From Eledone cirrhosa (taxonomy: Eukaryota), in the NCBI GenBank assembly GCA_964016885.1, contig OZ024743.1:270072001-270136000 (forward strand): a stretch of 64,000 nucleotides of DNA, in the 5' to 3' direction. The position numbers were made by a program, and so were the translations under genes. Every line of letters starts with the position of its first letter. Position 1 is the stretch's first letter. The notes below the pieces were generated by a model. It ran no database searches and was not told the DNA's origin. It was given only the letters and a program-made list of their open reading frames with translations. Shown in pieces: positions 1-13,700 of the stretch.

Positions 1-3000
1 GTTAATGGTGTTGGTAGTAGTGTTTGAGGAGGTGTTGATTTTAGTGGTGTTGGTAGTAGTGTTTGAGGTGGTGTTGATGTTAGTGGTGTTGGTAGTAGTG
101 TTTGAGGTGGTGTTGATGTTAGCGGTGTTGGTAGTAGTGTTTGACGTGGTGTTGATGTTAGTGGTATGGGGTAGTGTTTGGAGTGGTGTTGATGTTAATG
201 GTGTTGGTAGTAGTGTTTGAGGTGGTGTTGATGTTAGTGGTGTTGGTAGTAGTGTTTGAGGTGGTGTTGATGTTAGTGGTGTTGGTAGTAGTGTTTGAGG
301 TGGTGTTGACGTTAGTGGTGTTGGTAGTAGTGTTTGAGGTGGTGTTGATGTTAGCGGTGTTGGTAGTAGTGTTTGAGGTGGTATTGATGTTAGCGGTGTT
401 GGTAGTAGTGTTTGAGGTGGTGTTGCTGTTAGTGGTGTTGGTAGTAGTGTTTGAGGTTGTGTCAATGTTAGTGGTGTTGGTAGTAGTGTTTGAGGTGGTG
501 TTGATGTTAGTGGTGTTGGTAGTAGTGTTTGAGGTGGTGTTGATGTTAGTGGTGTTGGTAGTAGTGTTTGAGGTGGTGTTGATGTTAGTGGTGTTGGTAG
601 TAGTGTTTGAGGTGGCGTTGATGTTAGTGGTGTTGGCAGTAGTGTTTGAGGTGGTGTTGATGTTAGCGGTGTTGGTAGTAGTGTTTGAGGTGGTGTTGAT
701 GTTAGTGGTGTTGGTAGTAGTGTTTGAGGAGGTGTTGATGTTAGTGGTGTTGGTAGTAGTGTTTGAGATGGTGTTGATGTTAGTGGTGTTGGTAGTAGTG
801 TTTGACGTGGTGTTGATGTTAGTGGTGTTGGTAGTAGTGTTTGAGGTGGTGTTGATGTTAGTGGTGTTGGTAGTAGTGTTTGAGGTGGTGTTGATGTTAG
901 TGGTGTTGGTAGTAGTGTTTGAGGTGGTGTTGATGTTAGTGGTGTTGGTAGTAGTGTTTGACGTGGTGTTGATGTTAGTGGTGTTGGTAGTAGTGTTTGA
1001 CGTGGTGTTGATGTTAGTGGTGTTGGTAGTAGTGTTTGAGGTGGTGTTGATGTTAGTGGTGTTGGTAGTAGTGTTTGAGGTGGTGTTGATGTTAGTGGTG
1101 TTGGTAGTAGTGTTTGAGGTGGTGTTGATGTTAGTGGTGTTGGTAGTAGTGTTTGAGGAGGTGTTGATGTTAGTGGTGTTGGTAGTAGTGTTTGAGGTGG
1201 TGTTGATGTTAGTGGTGTTGGTAGTAGTGTTTGAGGAGGTGTTGATGTTAGTGGTGTTGGTAGTAGTGTTTGACGTGGTGTTGATGTTAGTGGTGTTGGT
1301 AGTAGTGTTTGACGTGGTGTTGATGTTAGTGGTGTTGGTAGTAGTGTTTGAGGTGGTGTTGATGTTAGTGTTTGAGGTGGTGTTGATGTTAGTGGTGTTG
1401 GTAGTAGTGTTTGAGGTGGTGTTGATGTTAGTGGTGTTGGTAGTACTGTTTGAGGTGGTGTTGATGTTAGTGGTGTTGGTAGTAGTGTTTGACGTGGTGT
1501 TGATGTTAGTGGTGTTGGTAGTAGTGTTTGAGGTGGTGTTGATGTTAGTGGTGTTGGTAGTAGTGTTTGAGGTGGTGTTGATGTTAGTGGTGTTGGTAGT
1601 AGTGTTTGAGGTGGTGTTGATGTTAGTGGTGTTGGTAGTAGTGTTTGAGGTGGTGTTGATGTTAGTGGTGTTGGTAGTACTGTTTGAGGAGGTGTTGATG
1701 TTAGTGGTGTTGGTAGTAGTGTTTGACGTGGTGTTGATGTTAGTGGTGTTGGTAGTAGTGTTTGAGGTGGTGTTGATGTTAGTGGTGTTGGTAGTAGTGT
1801 TTGAGGTGGTGTTGATGTTAGTGGTGTTGGTAGTAGTGTTTGAGGTGGTGTTGATGTTAGTGGTGTTGGTAGTAGTGTTTGAGGTGGTGTTGATGCTAGT
1901 GGTGTTGGTAGTAGTGTTTGAGGTGGTGTTGATGTTAGTGGTGTTGGTAGTAGTGTTTGAGGTGGTGTTGATGTTAGCGGTGTTGGTAGTAGTGTTTGAG
2001 GTGCTGTTGATGTTAGTGGTGTTAGTAGTAGTGTTTGAGGTGGTGTTGATGTTAGCGGTGTTGGTAGTAGTGTTTGAGGTGGTGTTGATGTTAGTGGTGT
2101 TGGTAGTAGTGTTTGAGGTGGTGTTGATGTTAGCGGTGTGGGTAGTAGTGTTTGACGTGGTGTTGATGTTAGTGGTATTGGGGTAGTGTTTGGAGTGGTG
2201 TTGATGTAAATGGTGTTGGTAGTAGTGTTTGAAGTGGTGTTGATGTTAGTGGTGTTGGTAGTAGTGTTTGAGGAGGTGTTGATGTTAGTGGTGTTGGTAG
2301 TAGTGTTTGAGGTGGTGTTGATGTTAGTGGTGTTGGTAGTAGTGTTTGAGGTGGTGTTGACGTTAGTGGTGTTGGTAGTAGTGTTTGAGGTGGTGTTGAT
2401 GTTAGTGGTGTTGGTAGTAGTGTTTGAGGTGGTGTTGATGTTAGTGGTGTTGGTAGTAGTGTTTGAGGTGGTGTTGATGTTTGCGGTGTTGGTAGTAGTG
2501 TTTGAGGTGCTGTTGATGTTAGTGGTGTTGGTAGTAGTGTTTGAGGTGGTGTTGATGTTAGCGGTGTTGGTAGTAGTGTTTGAGGTGTTGTTGATGTTAG
2601 TGGTGTTGGTAGTAGTGTTTGACGTGGTGTTGATGTTAGTGGTATTGGGGTAGTGTTTGGAGTGGTGTTGATGTTAATGGTGTTGGTAGTAGTGTTTGAG
2701 GTGGTGTTGATGTTAGTGGTGTTGGTAGTAGTGTTTGAGGAGGTGTTGATGTTAGTGGTGTTGGTAGTAGTGTTTGAGGTGGTGTTGATGTTAGTGGTGT
2801 TGGTAGTAGTGTTTGAGGTGGTGTTGACGTTAGTGGTGTTGGTAGTAGTGTTTGAGGTGGTGTTGACGTTAGTGGTGTTGGTAGTAGTGTTTGAGGTGGT
2901 GTTGATGTTAGCGGTGTTGGTAGTAGTGTTTGAGGTGGTGTTGATGTTAGCGGTGTTGGTAGTAGTGTTTGATGTGGTGTTGCTGTTAGTGGTGTTGGTA

Positions 3001-6000
3001 GTAGTGTTTGAGGTGGTGTTGATGTTAGTGGTGTTGGTAGTAGTGTTTGAGGTGCTGTTGATGTTAGTGGTGTTGGTAGTAGTGTTTGAGGTGGTGTTGA
3101 TGTTAGTGGTGTTGGTAGTAGTGTTTGAGGTGCTGTTGATGTTAGTGGTGTTGGTAGTAGTGTTTGAGGTGGTGTTGATTTTAGTGGTGTTGGTAGTAGT
3201 GTTTGAGGTGGTGTTGATGTTAGTGGTGTTGGTAGTAGTGTTTGAGGTGGTGTTGATGTTAGCGGTGTTGGTAGTAGTGTTTGAGGTGTTGTTGATGTTA
3301 ATGGTGTTGGTAGTAGTGTTTGAGGAGGTGTTGATTTTAGTGGTGTTGGTAGTAGTGTTTGAGGTGGTGTTGATGTTAGTGGTGTTGGTAGTAGTGTTTG
3401 AGGTGGTGTTGATGTTAGCGGTGTTGGTAGTAGTGTTTGACGTGGTGTTGATGTTAGCGGTGTTGGTAGTAGTGTTTGAGGTGGTGTTGATGTTAGTGGT
3501 ATGGGGTAGTGTTTGGAGTGGTGTTGATGTTAATGGTGTTGGTAGTAGTGTTTGAGGTGGTGTTGATGTTAGTGGTGTTGGTAGTAGTGTTTGAGGTGGT
3601 GTTGATGTTAGTGGTGTTGGTAGTAGTGTTTGAGGTGGTGTTGACGTTAGTGGTGTTGGTAGTAGTGTTTGAGGTGGTGTTGATGTTAGCGGTGTTGGTA
3701 GTAGTGTTTGAGGTGGTATTGATGTTAGCTGTGTTGGTAGTAGTGTTTGAGGTGGTGTTGCTGTTAGTGGTGTTGGTAGTAGTGTTTGAGGTTGTGTTAA
3801 TGTTAGTGGTGTTGGTAGTAGTGTTTGAGGTGGTGTTGATGTTAGTGGTGTTGGTAGTAGTGTTTGAGGTGGTGTTGATGTTAGTGGTGTTGGTTGTAGT
3901 GTTTGAGGTGGTGTTGATGTTAGTGGTGTTGGTAGTAGTGTTTGAGGTGGTGTTGATGTTAGTGGTGTTGGCAGTAGTGTTTGAGGTGGTGTTGATGTTA
4001 GCGGTGTTGGTAGTAGTGTTTGAGGTGGTGTTGATGTTAGTGGTGTTGGTAGTAGTGTTTGAGGAGGTGTTGATGTTAGTGGTGTTGGTAGTAGTGTTTG
4101 AGATGGTGTTGATGTTAGTGGTGTTGGTAGTAGTGTTTGACGTGGTGTTGATGTTAGTGGTGTTGGTAGTAGTGTTTGAGGTGGTGTTGATGCTAGTGGT
4201 GTTGGTAGTAGTGTTTGAGGTGGTGTTGATGTTAGTGGTGTTGGTAGTAGTGTTTGAGGTGGTGTTGATGTTAGCGGTGTTGGTAGTAGTGTTTGAGGTG
4301 CTGTTGATGTTAGTGGTGTTGGTAGTAGTGTTTGAGGTGGTGTTGATGTTAGCGGTGTTGGTAGTAGTGTTTGAGGTGGTGTTGATGTTAGTGGTGTTGG
4401 TAGTAGTGTTTGAGGTGGTGTTGATGTTAGCGGTGTGGGTAGTAGTGTTTGACGTGGTGTTGATGTTAGTGGTATTGGGGTAGTGTTTGGAGTGGTGTTG
4501 ATGTTAATGGTGTTGGTAGTAGTGTTTGAAGTGGTGTTGATGTTAGTGGTGTTGGTAGTAGTGTTTGAGGAGGTGTTGATGTTAGTGGTGTTGGTAGTAG
4601 TGTTTGAGGTGGTGCTGATGTTAGTGGTGTTGGTAGTAGTGTTTGAGGTGGTGTTGACGTTAGTGGTGTTGGTAGTAGTGTTTGAGGTGGTGTTGATGTT
4701 AGTGGTGTTGGTAGTAGTGTTTGAGGTGGTGTTGATGTTAGTGGTGTTGGTAGTAGTGTTTGAGGTGGTGTTGATGTTAGCGGTGTTGGTAGTAGTGTTT
4801 GAGGTGCTGTTGATGTTAGTGGTGTTGGTAGTAGTGTTTGAGGTGGTGTTGATGTTAGCGGTGTTGGTAGTAGTGTTTGAGGTGTTGTTCATGTTAGTGG
4901 TGTTGGTAGTAGTGTTTGACGTGGTGTTGATGTTAGTGGTATTGGGGTAGTGTTTGGAGTGGTGTTGATGTTAATGGTGTTGGTAGTAGTGTTTGAGGTG
5001 GTGTTGATGTTAGTGGTGTTGGTAGTAGTGTTTGAGGAGGTGTTGATGTTAGTGGTGTTGGTAGTAGTGTTTGAGGTGGTGTTGATGTTAGTGGTGTTGG
5101 TAGTAGTGTTTGAGGTGGTGTTGACGTTAGTGGTGTTGGTAGTAGTGTTTGAGGTGGTGTTGACGTTAGTGGTGTTGGTAGTAGTGTTTGAGGTGGTGTT
5201 GATGTTAGCGGTGTTGGTAGTAGTGTTTGAGGTGGGATTGATGTTAGCGGTGTTGGTAGTAGTGTTTGAGGTGGTGTTGCTGTTAGTGGTGTTGGTAGTA
5301 GTGTTTGAGGTGGTGTTAATGTTAGTGGTGTTGGTAGTAGTGTTTGAGGTGGTGTTGATGTTAGTGGTGTTGGTAGTAGTGTTTGAGGTGGTGTTGATGT
5401 TAGTGGTGTTGGTAGTAGTGTTTGAGGTGGTGTTGATGTTAGTGGTGTTGGTAGTAGTGTTTGAGGTGGTGTTGATGTTAGTGGTGTTGGCAGTAGTGTT
5501 TGAGGTGGTGTTGATGTTAGCGGTGTTGGTAGTATTGTTTGAGGTGGTGTTGATATTAGTGGTGTTGGTAGTAGTGTTTGAGGAGGTGTTGATGTTAGTG
5601 GTGTTGGGGGTAGTGTTTGAGGTGGTGTTGATGTTAGCGGTGTTGGTAGTAGTGTTTGAGGTGGTGTTGATGTTAGTGGTGTTGGTAGTAGTGTTTGAGG
5701 TGGTGTTGATGTTAGTGGTGTTGGTAGTAGTGTTTGACGTGGTGTTGATGTTAGTGGTGTTGGTAGTAGTGTTTGAGGTGGTGTTGATGCTAGTGGTGTT
5801 GGTAGTAGTGTTTGAGGTGGTGTTGATGTTAGTGGTGTTGGTAGTAGTGTTTGAGGTGGTGTTGATGTTAGCGGTGTTGGTAGTAGTGTTTGAGGTGGTG
5901 TTGATGTTAGCGGTGTTGGTAGTAGTGTTTGAGGAGGTGTTGATGTTAGAGGTGTTGGTAGTAGTGTTTGAGGTGGTGTTGATGTTAGCGGTGTTGGTAG

Positions 6001-6849
6001 TAGTGTTTGAGGTGGTGTTGATGTTAGAGGTGTTGGTAGTAGTGTTTGAGGTGGTGTTGATGTTAGCGGTGTTGGTAGTAGTGTTTGAGGTGCTGTTGAT
6101 GTTAGTTGTGTTGGTAGTAGGGTTTGAGGTGGTGTTGATGTTAGCGGTGTTGGTAGTAGTGTTTGAGGTGGTGTTGATGTTAGTGGTGTTGGTAGTAGTG
6201 TTTGAGGTGGTGTTGATGTTAGCGGTGTGGGTAGTAGTGTTTGACGTGGTGTTGATGTTAGTGGTATTGGGGTAGTGTTTGGAGTGGTGTTGATGTTAAT
6301 GGTGTTGGTAGTAGTGTTTGAAGTGGTGTTGATGTTAGTGGTGTTGGTAGTAGTGTTTGAGGAGGTGTTGATGTTAGTGGTGTTGGTAGTAGTGTTTGAG
6401 GTGGTGTTGATGTTAGTGGTGTTGGTAGTAGTGTTTGAGGTGGTGTTGACGTTAGTGGTGTTGGTAGTAGTGTTTGTGGTGGTGTTGATGTTAGTGGTGT
6501 TGGTAGTAGTGTTTGACGTGGTGTTGATGTTAGTGGTGTTGGTAGTAGTGTTTGAGGTGGTGTTGATGTTAGCGGTGTTGGTAGTAATGTTTGAGGTGCT
6601 GTTGATGTTAGTGGTGTTGGTAGTAGTGTTTGAGGTGGTGTTGATGTTAGCGGTGTTGGTAGTAGTGTTTGAGGTGGTGTTGATGTTAGTGGTGTTGGTA
6701 GTAGTGTTTGAGGAGGTGTTGATGTTAGTGGTGTTGGTAGTAGTGTCTGAGGTGGTGTTGATGTTAGCGGTGTTGGTAGTAGTGTTTGACATGGTGTTGA
6801 TGTTAGTGGTGTTGGTAGTAGTGTCTGAGGTGGTGTTGATGTTAGCGGT

Positions 6850-9800
6850 GTTGGTAGTAGTGTCTGAGGTGGTGTTGATGTTAGCGGTGTTGGTAGTAGT
6901 GTTTGACGTGGTGTTGATGTTAGTGGTGTTGGTAGTAGTGTTTGAGGTGGTGTTGATGTTAGTGGTATTGGGGTAGTGTTTGGAGTGGTGTTGATGTTAA
7001 TGATGTTGGTAGTAGTGTTTGAGGTGGTGTTGATGTTAGTGGTGTTGGTAGTAGTGTTTGAGGTGGTGTTGATGTTAGTGGTGTGGGTAGTAGTGTTTGA
7101 GGATGTGTTGATGTTAGTGGTGTTGGTAGTAGTGTTTGAGGTGGTGTTGATGTTAGTGGGGTTGGTAGTAGTTTTTGAGGTGGTGTTGATGTTAGTGGAG
7201 TTGGTAGTAGTGTTTGAGGTGGTGTTGATGTTAGTGGTGTTGGTAGTAGTATTTGAGGTGGTGTTGGTGTTAGTGGTGTTGGTAGTAGTGTTTGAGGTGG
7301 TGTTGATGTTAGTGGTGTTGGTAGTAGTATTTGAGGTGGTGTTGGTGTTAGTGGTGTTGGTAGTAGTGTTTGAGGTGGTGTTGATGTTAGTGGTGTTGGA
7401 AAGTAGTGTTTGAGGTGGTGTTGATGTTAGTGGTGTTGGTAGTAGTGTTTGAGGTGGTGTTGATGTTAGCGGTGTTGGTAGTAGTGTTTGAGGTGCTGTT
7501 GATGTTAGTGGTGTTGGTAGTAGTGTTTGAGGTGGTGTTGATGTTAGCGGTGTTGGTAGTAGTGTTTGAGGTGGTGTTGACGTTAGTGGTGTTGGTAGTA
7601 GTGTTTGAGGAGGTGTTGATTTTAGTGGTGTTTGTAGTAGTGTTTGAGGTGGTGTTGATGTTAGTGGTGTTGGTAGTAGTGTTTGAGGTGGTGTTGATGT
7701 TAGCGGTGTTGGTAGTAGTGTTTGACGTGGTGTTGATGTTAGTGGTGTTGGTAGTAGTGTTTGAGGTGGTGTTGATGTTAGTGGTGTTGGTAGTAGTGTT
7801 TGAGGTGGTGTTGATGTTAGTGGTGTTGGTAGTAGTGTTTGAGGTGGTGTTGATGTTAGTGGTGTTGGTAGTAGTGTTTGAGGTGGTGTTGATGTTAGTG
7901 GAGTTGGGTGTAGTGTTTGAGGTGGTGTTGATGTTAGTGGTGTTGGTAGTAGTGTTTGAGGTGGTGTTGATGTTAGTGGTGTTGGTAGTAGTGTTTGACG
8001 TGGCGTTGATGTTAGTGGTATTGGGGTAGTGTTTGGAGTGGTGTTGATGTTAATGGTGTTGGTAGTAGTGTTTGAGGTGGTGTTGATGTTAGTGGTGTTG
8101 GTAGTTGTGTTTGAGGAGGTGTTGATGTTAGTGGTGTTGGTAGTAGTGTTTGAGGTGGTGTTGATGTTAGTGGTGTTGGTAGTAGTGTTTGAGGTGGTGT
8201 TGATGTTAGTGGTGTTGGTAGTAGTGTTTGAGGTGGTGTTGATGTTAGTGGTGTTGGTAGTAGTGTTTGAGGTGGTGTTGATGTTAGTGGAGTTGGGTGT
8301 AGTGTTTGAGGTGGTGTTGATGTTAGTGGTGTTGGTAGTAGTGTTTGAGGTGGTGTTGATGTTAGTGGTGTTGGTAGTAGTGTTTGACGTGGCGTTGATG
8401 TTAGTGGTATTGGGGTAGTGTTTGGAGTGGTGTTGATGTTAATGGTGTTGGTAGTAGTGTTTGAGGTGGTGTTGATGTTAGTGGTGTTGGTAGTTGTGTT
8501 TGAGGAGGTGTTGATGTTAGTGGTGTTGGTAGTAGTGTTTGAGGTGGTGTTGATGTTAGTGGTGTTGGTAGTAGTGTTTGAGGTGGTGTTGATGTTAGTG
8601 GTGTTGGTAGTAGTGTTTGAGGTGGTGTTGATGTTAGTGGTGTTGGTAGTAGTGTTTGAGGTGGTGTTGATGTTAGTGGAGTTGGGTGTAGTGTTTGAGG
8701 TGGTGTTGATGTTAGTGGTGTTGGTAGTAGTGTTTGAGGTGGTGTTGATGTTAGTGGTGTTGGTAGTAGTGTTTGACGTGGCGTTGATGTTAGTGGTATT
8801 GGGGTAGTGTTTGGAGTGGTGTTGATGTTAATGGTGTTGGTAGTAGTGTCTGAGGTGGTGTTGATGTTAGCGGTGTTGGTAGTAGTGTTTGACGTGGTGT
8901 TGATGTTAGTGGTGTTGGTAGTAGTGTTTGAGGTGGTGTTGATGTTAGTGGTATTGGGGTAGTGTTTGGAGTGGTGTTGATGTTAATGATGTTGGTAGTA
9001 GTGTTTGAGGTGGTGTTGATGTTAGTGGTGTTGGTAGTAGTGTTTGAGGTGGTGTTGATGTTAGTGGTGTGGGTAGTAGTGTTTGAGGATGTGTTGATGT
9101 TAGTGGTGTTGGTAGTAGTGTTTGAGGTGGTGTTGATGTTAGTGGGGTTGGTAGTAGTTTTTGAGGTGGTGTTGATGTTAGTGGAGTTGGTAGTAGTGTT
9201 TGAGGTGGTGTTGATGTTAGTGGTGTTGGTAGTAGTATTTGAGGTGGTGTTGGTGTTAGTGGTGTTGGTAGTAGTGTTTGAGGTGGTGTTGATGTTAGTG
9301 GTGTTGGTAGTAGTATTTGAGGTGGTGTTGGTGTTAGTGGTGTTGGTAGTAGTGTTTGAGGTGGTGTTGATGTTAGTGGTGTTGGAAAGTAGTGTTTGAG
9401 GTGGTGTTGATGTTAGTGGTGTTGGTAGTAGTGTTTGAGGTGGTGTTGATGTTAGCGGTGTTGGTAGTAGTGTTTGAGGTGCTGTTGATGTTAGTGGTGT
9501 TGGTAGTAGTGTTTGAGGTGGTGTTGATGTTAGCGGTGTTGGTAGTAGTGTTTGAGGTGGTGTTGACGTTAGTGGTGTTGGTAGTAGTGTTTGAGGAGGT
9601 GTTGATTTTAGTGGTGTTTGTAGTAGTGTTTGAGGTGGTGTTGATGTTAGTGGTGTTGGTAGTAGTGTTTGAGGTGGTGTTGATGTTAGCGGTGTTGGTA
9701 GTAGTGTTTGACGTGGTGTTGATGTTAGTGGTGTTGGTAGTAGTGTTTGAGGTGGTGTTGATGTTAGTGGTGTTGGTAGTAGTGTTTGAGGTGGTGTTGA

Positions 9801-10750
9801 TGTTAGTGGTGTTGGTAGTAGTGTTTGAGGTGGTGTTGATGTTAGTGGTGTTGGTAGTAGTGTTTGAGGTGGTGTTGATGTTAGTGGAGTTGGGTGTAGT
9901 GTTTGAGGTGGTGTCGATGTTAGTGGTGTTGGTAGTAGTGTTTGAGGTGGTGTTGATGTTAGTGGTGTTGGTAGTAGTGTTTGACGTGGCGTTGATGTTA
10001 GTGGTATTGGGGTAGTGTTTGGAGTGGTGTTGATGTTAATGGTGTTGGTAGTAGTGTTTGAGGTGGTGTTGATGTTAGTGGTGTTGGTAGTTGTGTTTGA
10101 GGAGGTGTTGATGTTAGTGGTGTTGGTAGTAGTGTTTGAGGTGGTGTTGATGTTAGTGGTGTTGGTAGTAGTGTTTGAGGTGGTGTTGATGTTAGTGGTG
10201 TTGGTAGTAGTGTTTGAGGTGGTGTTGATGTTAGTGGTGTTGGTAGTAGTGTTTGAGGTGGTGTTGATGTTAGTGGAGTTGGGTGTAGTGTTTGAGGTGG
10301 TGTTGATGTTAGTGGTGTTGGTAGTAGTGTTTGAGGTGGTGTTGATGTTAGTGGTGTTGGTAGTAGTGTTTGACGTGGCGTTGATGTTAGTGGTATTGGG
10401 GTAGTGTTTGGAGTGGTGTTGATGTTAATGGTGTTGGTAGTAGTGTTTGAGGTGGTGTTGATGTTAGTGGTGTTGGTAGTTGTGTTTGAGGAGGTGTTGA
10501 TGTTAGTGGTGTTGGTAGTAGTGTTTGAGGTGGTGTTGATGTTAGTGGTGTTGGTAGTAGTGTTTGAGGTGGTGTTGATGTTAGTGGTGTTGGTAGTAGT
10601 GTTTGAGGTGGTGTTGATGTTAGTGGAGTTGGGTGTAGTGTTTGAGGTGGTGTTGATGTTAGTGGTGTTGGTAGTAGTGTTTGAGGTGGTGTTGATGTTA
10701 GTGGTGTTGGTAGTAGTGTTTGACGTGGCGTTGATGTTAGTGGTATTGGG
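6850..10750. repeat. Tandem higher-order duplication, period 1,986 bp (51 monomers, net -3 bp)
   Basis: Rare variants recur at +1986: TTAATGATG, GAGGATGTG, GTTGGAAAGT and GTGTTTGTAG. ORF starts pair as 6976/8962, 7406/9392 and 8029/10015. Confidence 0.93.
7650..8810. repeat. Nested 389-bp higher-order repeat (10 monomers minus 1 bp), about 3 copies; repeated again at about 9640-10750
   Basis: Junction units fall at 8029, 8418 and 8807 (spacing 389). Each is preceded by GAGTTGGGTGTAG and GACGTGGCG. ORFs 8029..8418 and 8418..8807 translate identically. Confidence 0.9.
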
Positions 10751-13700
10751 GTAGTGTTTGGAGTGGTGTTGATGTTAATGGTGTTGGTAGTAGTGTTTGA
10801 GGTGGTGTTGATGTTAGTGGTGTTGGTAGTAGTGTTTGAGGTGGTGTTGACGTTAGTGGTGTTGGTAGTAGTGTTTGAGGTGGTGTTGATGTTAGTGGGG
10901 TTGGTAGTAGTGTTTGAGGTGGTGTTGATGTTAGTGGAGTTGGGGGTAGTGTTTGAGGTGGTGTTGATGTTAGTGGTGTTGGTAGTAGTGTTTGAGGTGG
11001 TGTTGATGTTAGTGGTGTTGGTAGTAGTGTTTGAGGAGGTGTTGATGTTAGTGGTGTTGGTAGTAGTGTTTGAGATGGTGTTGATGTTAGTGGTGTTGGT
11101 AGTAGTGTTTGACGTGGTGTTGATGTTAGTGGTGTTGGTAGTAGTGTTTGAGGTGGTATTGATGCTAGTGGTGTTGGTAGTAGTGTTTGAGGTGGTGTTG
11201 ATGTTAGTGGTGTTGGTAGTAGTGTTTGAGGTGGTGTTGATGTTAGCGGTGTTGGTAGTAGTGTTTGAGGTGCTGTTGATGTTAGTGGTGTTGGTAGTAG
11301 TGTTTGAGGTGGTGTTGATGTTAGCGGTGTTGGTAGTAGTGTTTGAGGTGGTGTTGATGTTAGTGGTGTTGGTAGTAGTGTTTGAGGTGGTGTTGATGTT
11401 AGCGGTGTGGGTAGTAGTGTTTGACGTGGTGTTGATGTTAGTGGTATTGGGGTAGTGTTTGGAGTGGTGTTGATGTTAATGGTGTTGGTAGTAGTGTTTG
11501 AAGTGGTGTTGATGTTAGTGGTGTTGGTAGTAGTGTTTGAGGAGGTGTTGATGTTAGTGGTGTTGGTAGTAGTGTTTGAGGTGGTGTTGATGTTAGTGGT
11601 GTTGGTAGTAGTGTTTGAGGTGGTGTTGACGTTAGTGGTGTTGGTAGTAGTGTTTGAGGTGGTGTTGATGTTAGTGGTGTTGGTAGTAGTGTTTGAGGTG
11701 GTGTTGATGTTAGTGGTGTTGGTAGTAGTGTTTGAGGTGGTGTTGATGTTAGCGGTGTTGGTAGTAGTGTTTGAGGTGCTGTTGATGTTAGTGGTGTTGG
11801 TAGTAGTGTTTGAGGTGGTGTTGATGTTAGCGGTGTTGGTAGTAGTGTTTGAGGTGTTGTTCATGTTAGTGGTGTTGGTAGTAGTGTTTGACGTGGTGTT
11901 GATGTTAGTGGTATTGGGGTAGTGTTTGGAGTGGTGTTGATGTTAATGGTGTTGGTAGTAGTGTTTGAGGTGGTGTTGATGTTAGTGGTGTTGGTAGTAG
12001 TGTTTGAGGAGGTGTTGATGTTAGTGGTGTTGGTAGTAGTGTTTGAGGTGGTGTTGATGTTAGTGGTGTTGGTAGTAGTGTTTGAGGTGGTGTTGACGTT
12101 AGTGGTGTTGGTAGTAGTGTTTGAGGTGGTGTTGATGTTAGTGGTGTTGGTAGTAGTGTTTGAGGTGGTGTTGATGTTAGCGGTGTTGGTAGTAGTGTTT
12201 GAGGTGGTGTTGATGTTAGCGGTGTTGGTAGTAGTGTTTGAGGTGGTGTTGCTGTTAGTGGTGTTGGTAGTAGTGTTTGAGGTGGTGTTAATGTTAGTGG
12301 TGTTGGTAGTAGTGTTTGAGGTGGTGTTGATGTTAGTGGTGTTGGTAGTAGTGTTTGAGGTGGTGTTGATGTTAGTGGTGTTGGTAGTAGTGTTTGAGGT
12401 GGTGTTGATGTTAGTGGTGTTGGAAGTAGTGTTTGAGGTGGTGTTGATGTTAGTGGTGTTGGCAGTAGTGTTTGAGGTGGTGTTGATGTTAGCGGTGTTG
12501 GTAGTAGTGTTTGAGGTGGTGTTGATATTAGTGGTGTTGGTAGTAGTGTTTGAGGAGGTGTTGATGTTAGTGGTGTTGGGGGTAGTGTTTGAGGTGGTGT
12601 TGATGTTAGCGGTGTTGGTAGTAGTGTTTGAGGTGGTGTTGATGTTAGTGGTGTTGGTAGTAGTGTTTGAGGTGGTGTTGATGTTAGTGGTGTTGGTAGT
12701 AGTGTTTGACGTGGTGTTGATGTTAGTGGTGTTGGTAGTAGTGTTTGAGGTGGTGTTGATGCTAGTGGTGTTGGTAGTAGTGTTTGAGGTGGTGTTGATG
12801 TTAGCGGTGTTGGTAGTAGTGTTTGAGGTGGTGTTGATGTTAGCGGTGTTGGTAGTAGTGTTTGAGGTGCTGTTGATGTTAGTTGTGTTGGTAGTAGTGT
12901 TTGAGGTGGTGTTGATGTTAGCGGTGTTGGTAGTAGTGTTTGAGGTGGTGTTGATGTTAGTGGTGTTGGTAGTAGTGTTTGAGGTGGTGTTGATGTTAGC
13001 GGTGTGGGTAGTAGTGTTTGACGTGGTGTTGATGTTAGTGGTATTGGGGTAGTGTTTGGAGTGGTGTTGATGTTAATGGTGTTGGTAGTAGTGTTTGAAG
13101 TGGTGTTGATGTTAGTGGTGTTGGTAGTAGTGTTTGAGGAGGTGTTGATGTTAGTGGTGTTGGTAGTAGTGTTTGAGGTGGTGTTGATGTTAGTGGTGTT
13201 GGTAGTAGTGTTTGAGGTGGTGTTGACGTTAGTGGTGTTGGTAGTAGTGTTTGACGTGGTGTTGATGTTAGTGGTGTTGGTAGTAGTGTTTGAGGTGGTG
13301 TTGATGTTAGCGGTGTTGGTAGTAGTGTTTGAGGTGGTGTTGATATTAGTGGTGTTGGTAGTAGTGTTTGAGGAGGTGTTGATGTTAGTGGTGTTGGGGG
13401 TAGTGTTTGAGGTGGTGTTGATGTTAGCGGTGTTGGTAGTAGTGTTTGAGGTGGTGTTGATGTTAGTGGTGTTGGTAGTAGTGTTTGAGGTGGTGTTGAT
13501 GTTAGCGGTGTTGGTAGTAGTGTTTGACGTGGTGTTGATGTTAGTGGTGTTGGTAGTAGTGTTTGAGGTGGTGTTGATTTTAGTGGTGTTTGTAGTAGTG
13601 TTTGAGGTGGTGTTGATGTTAGTGGTGTTGGTAGTAGTGTTTGAGGTGGTGTTGATGTTAGCGGTGTTGGTAGTAGTGTTTGACGTGGTGTTGATGTTAG

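Larger units (their letters stand above)
4020..13230. repeat. Dispersed block duplication: about 4020-6450 copied at about 10990-13230
   Basis: Offset 6972 for ORF starts 4483/11455 and 4950/11922 and for the rare GTGTTGTTCATG variant. The offset drops to 6777 (5 monomers fewer) at 6275/13052. Confidence 0.85.
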
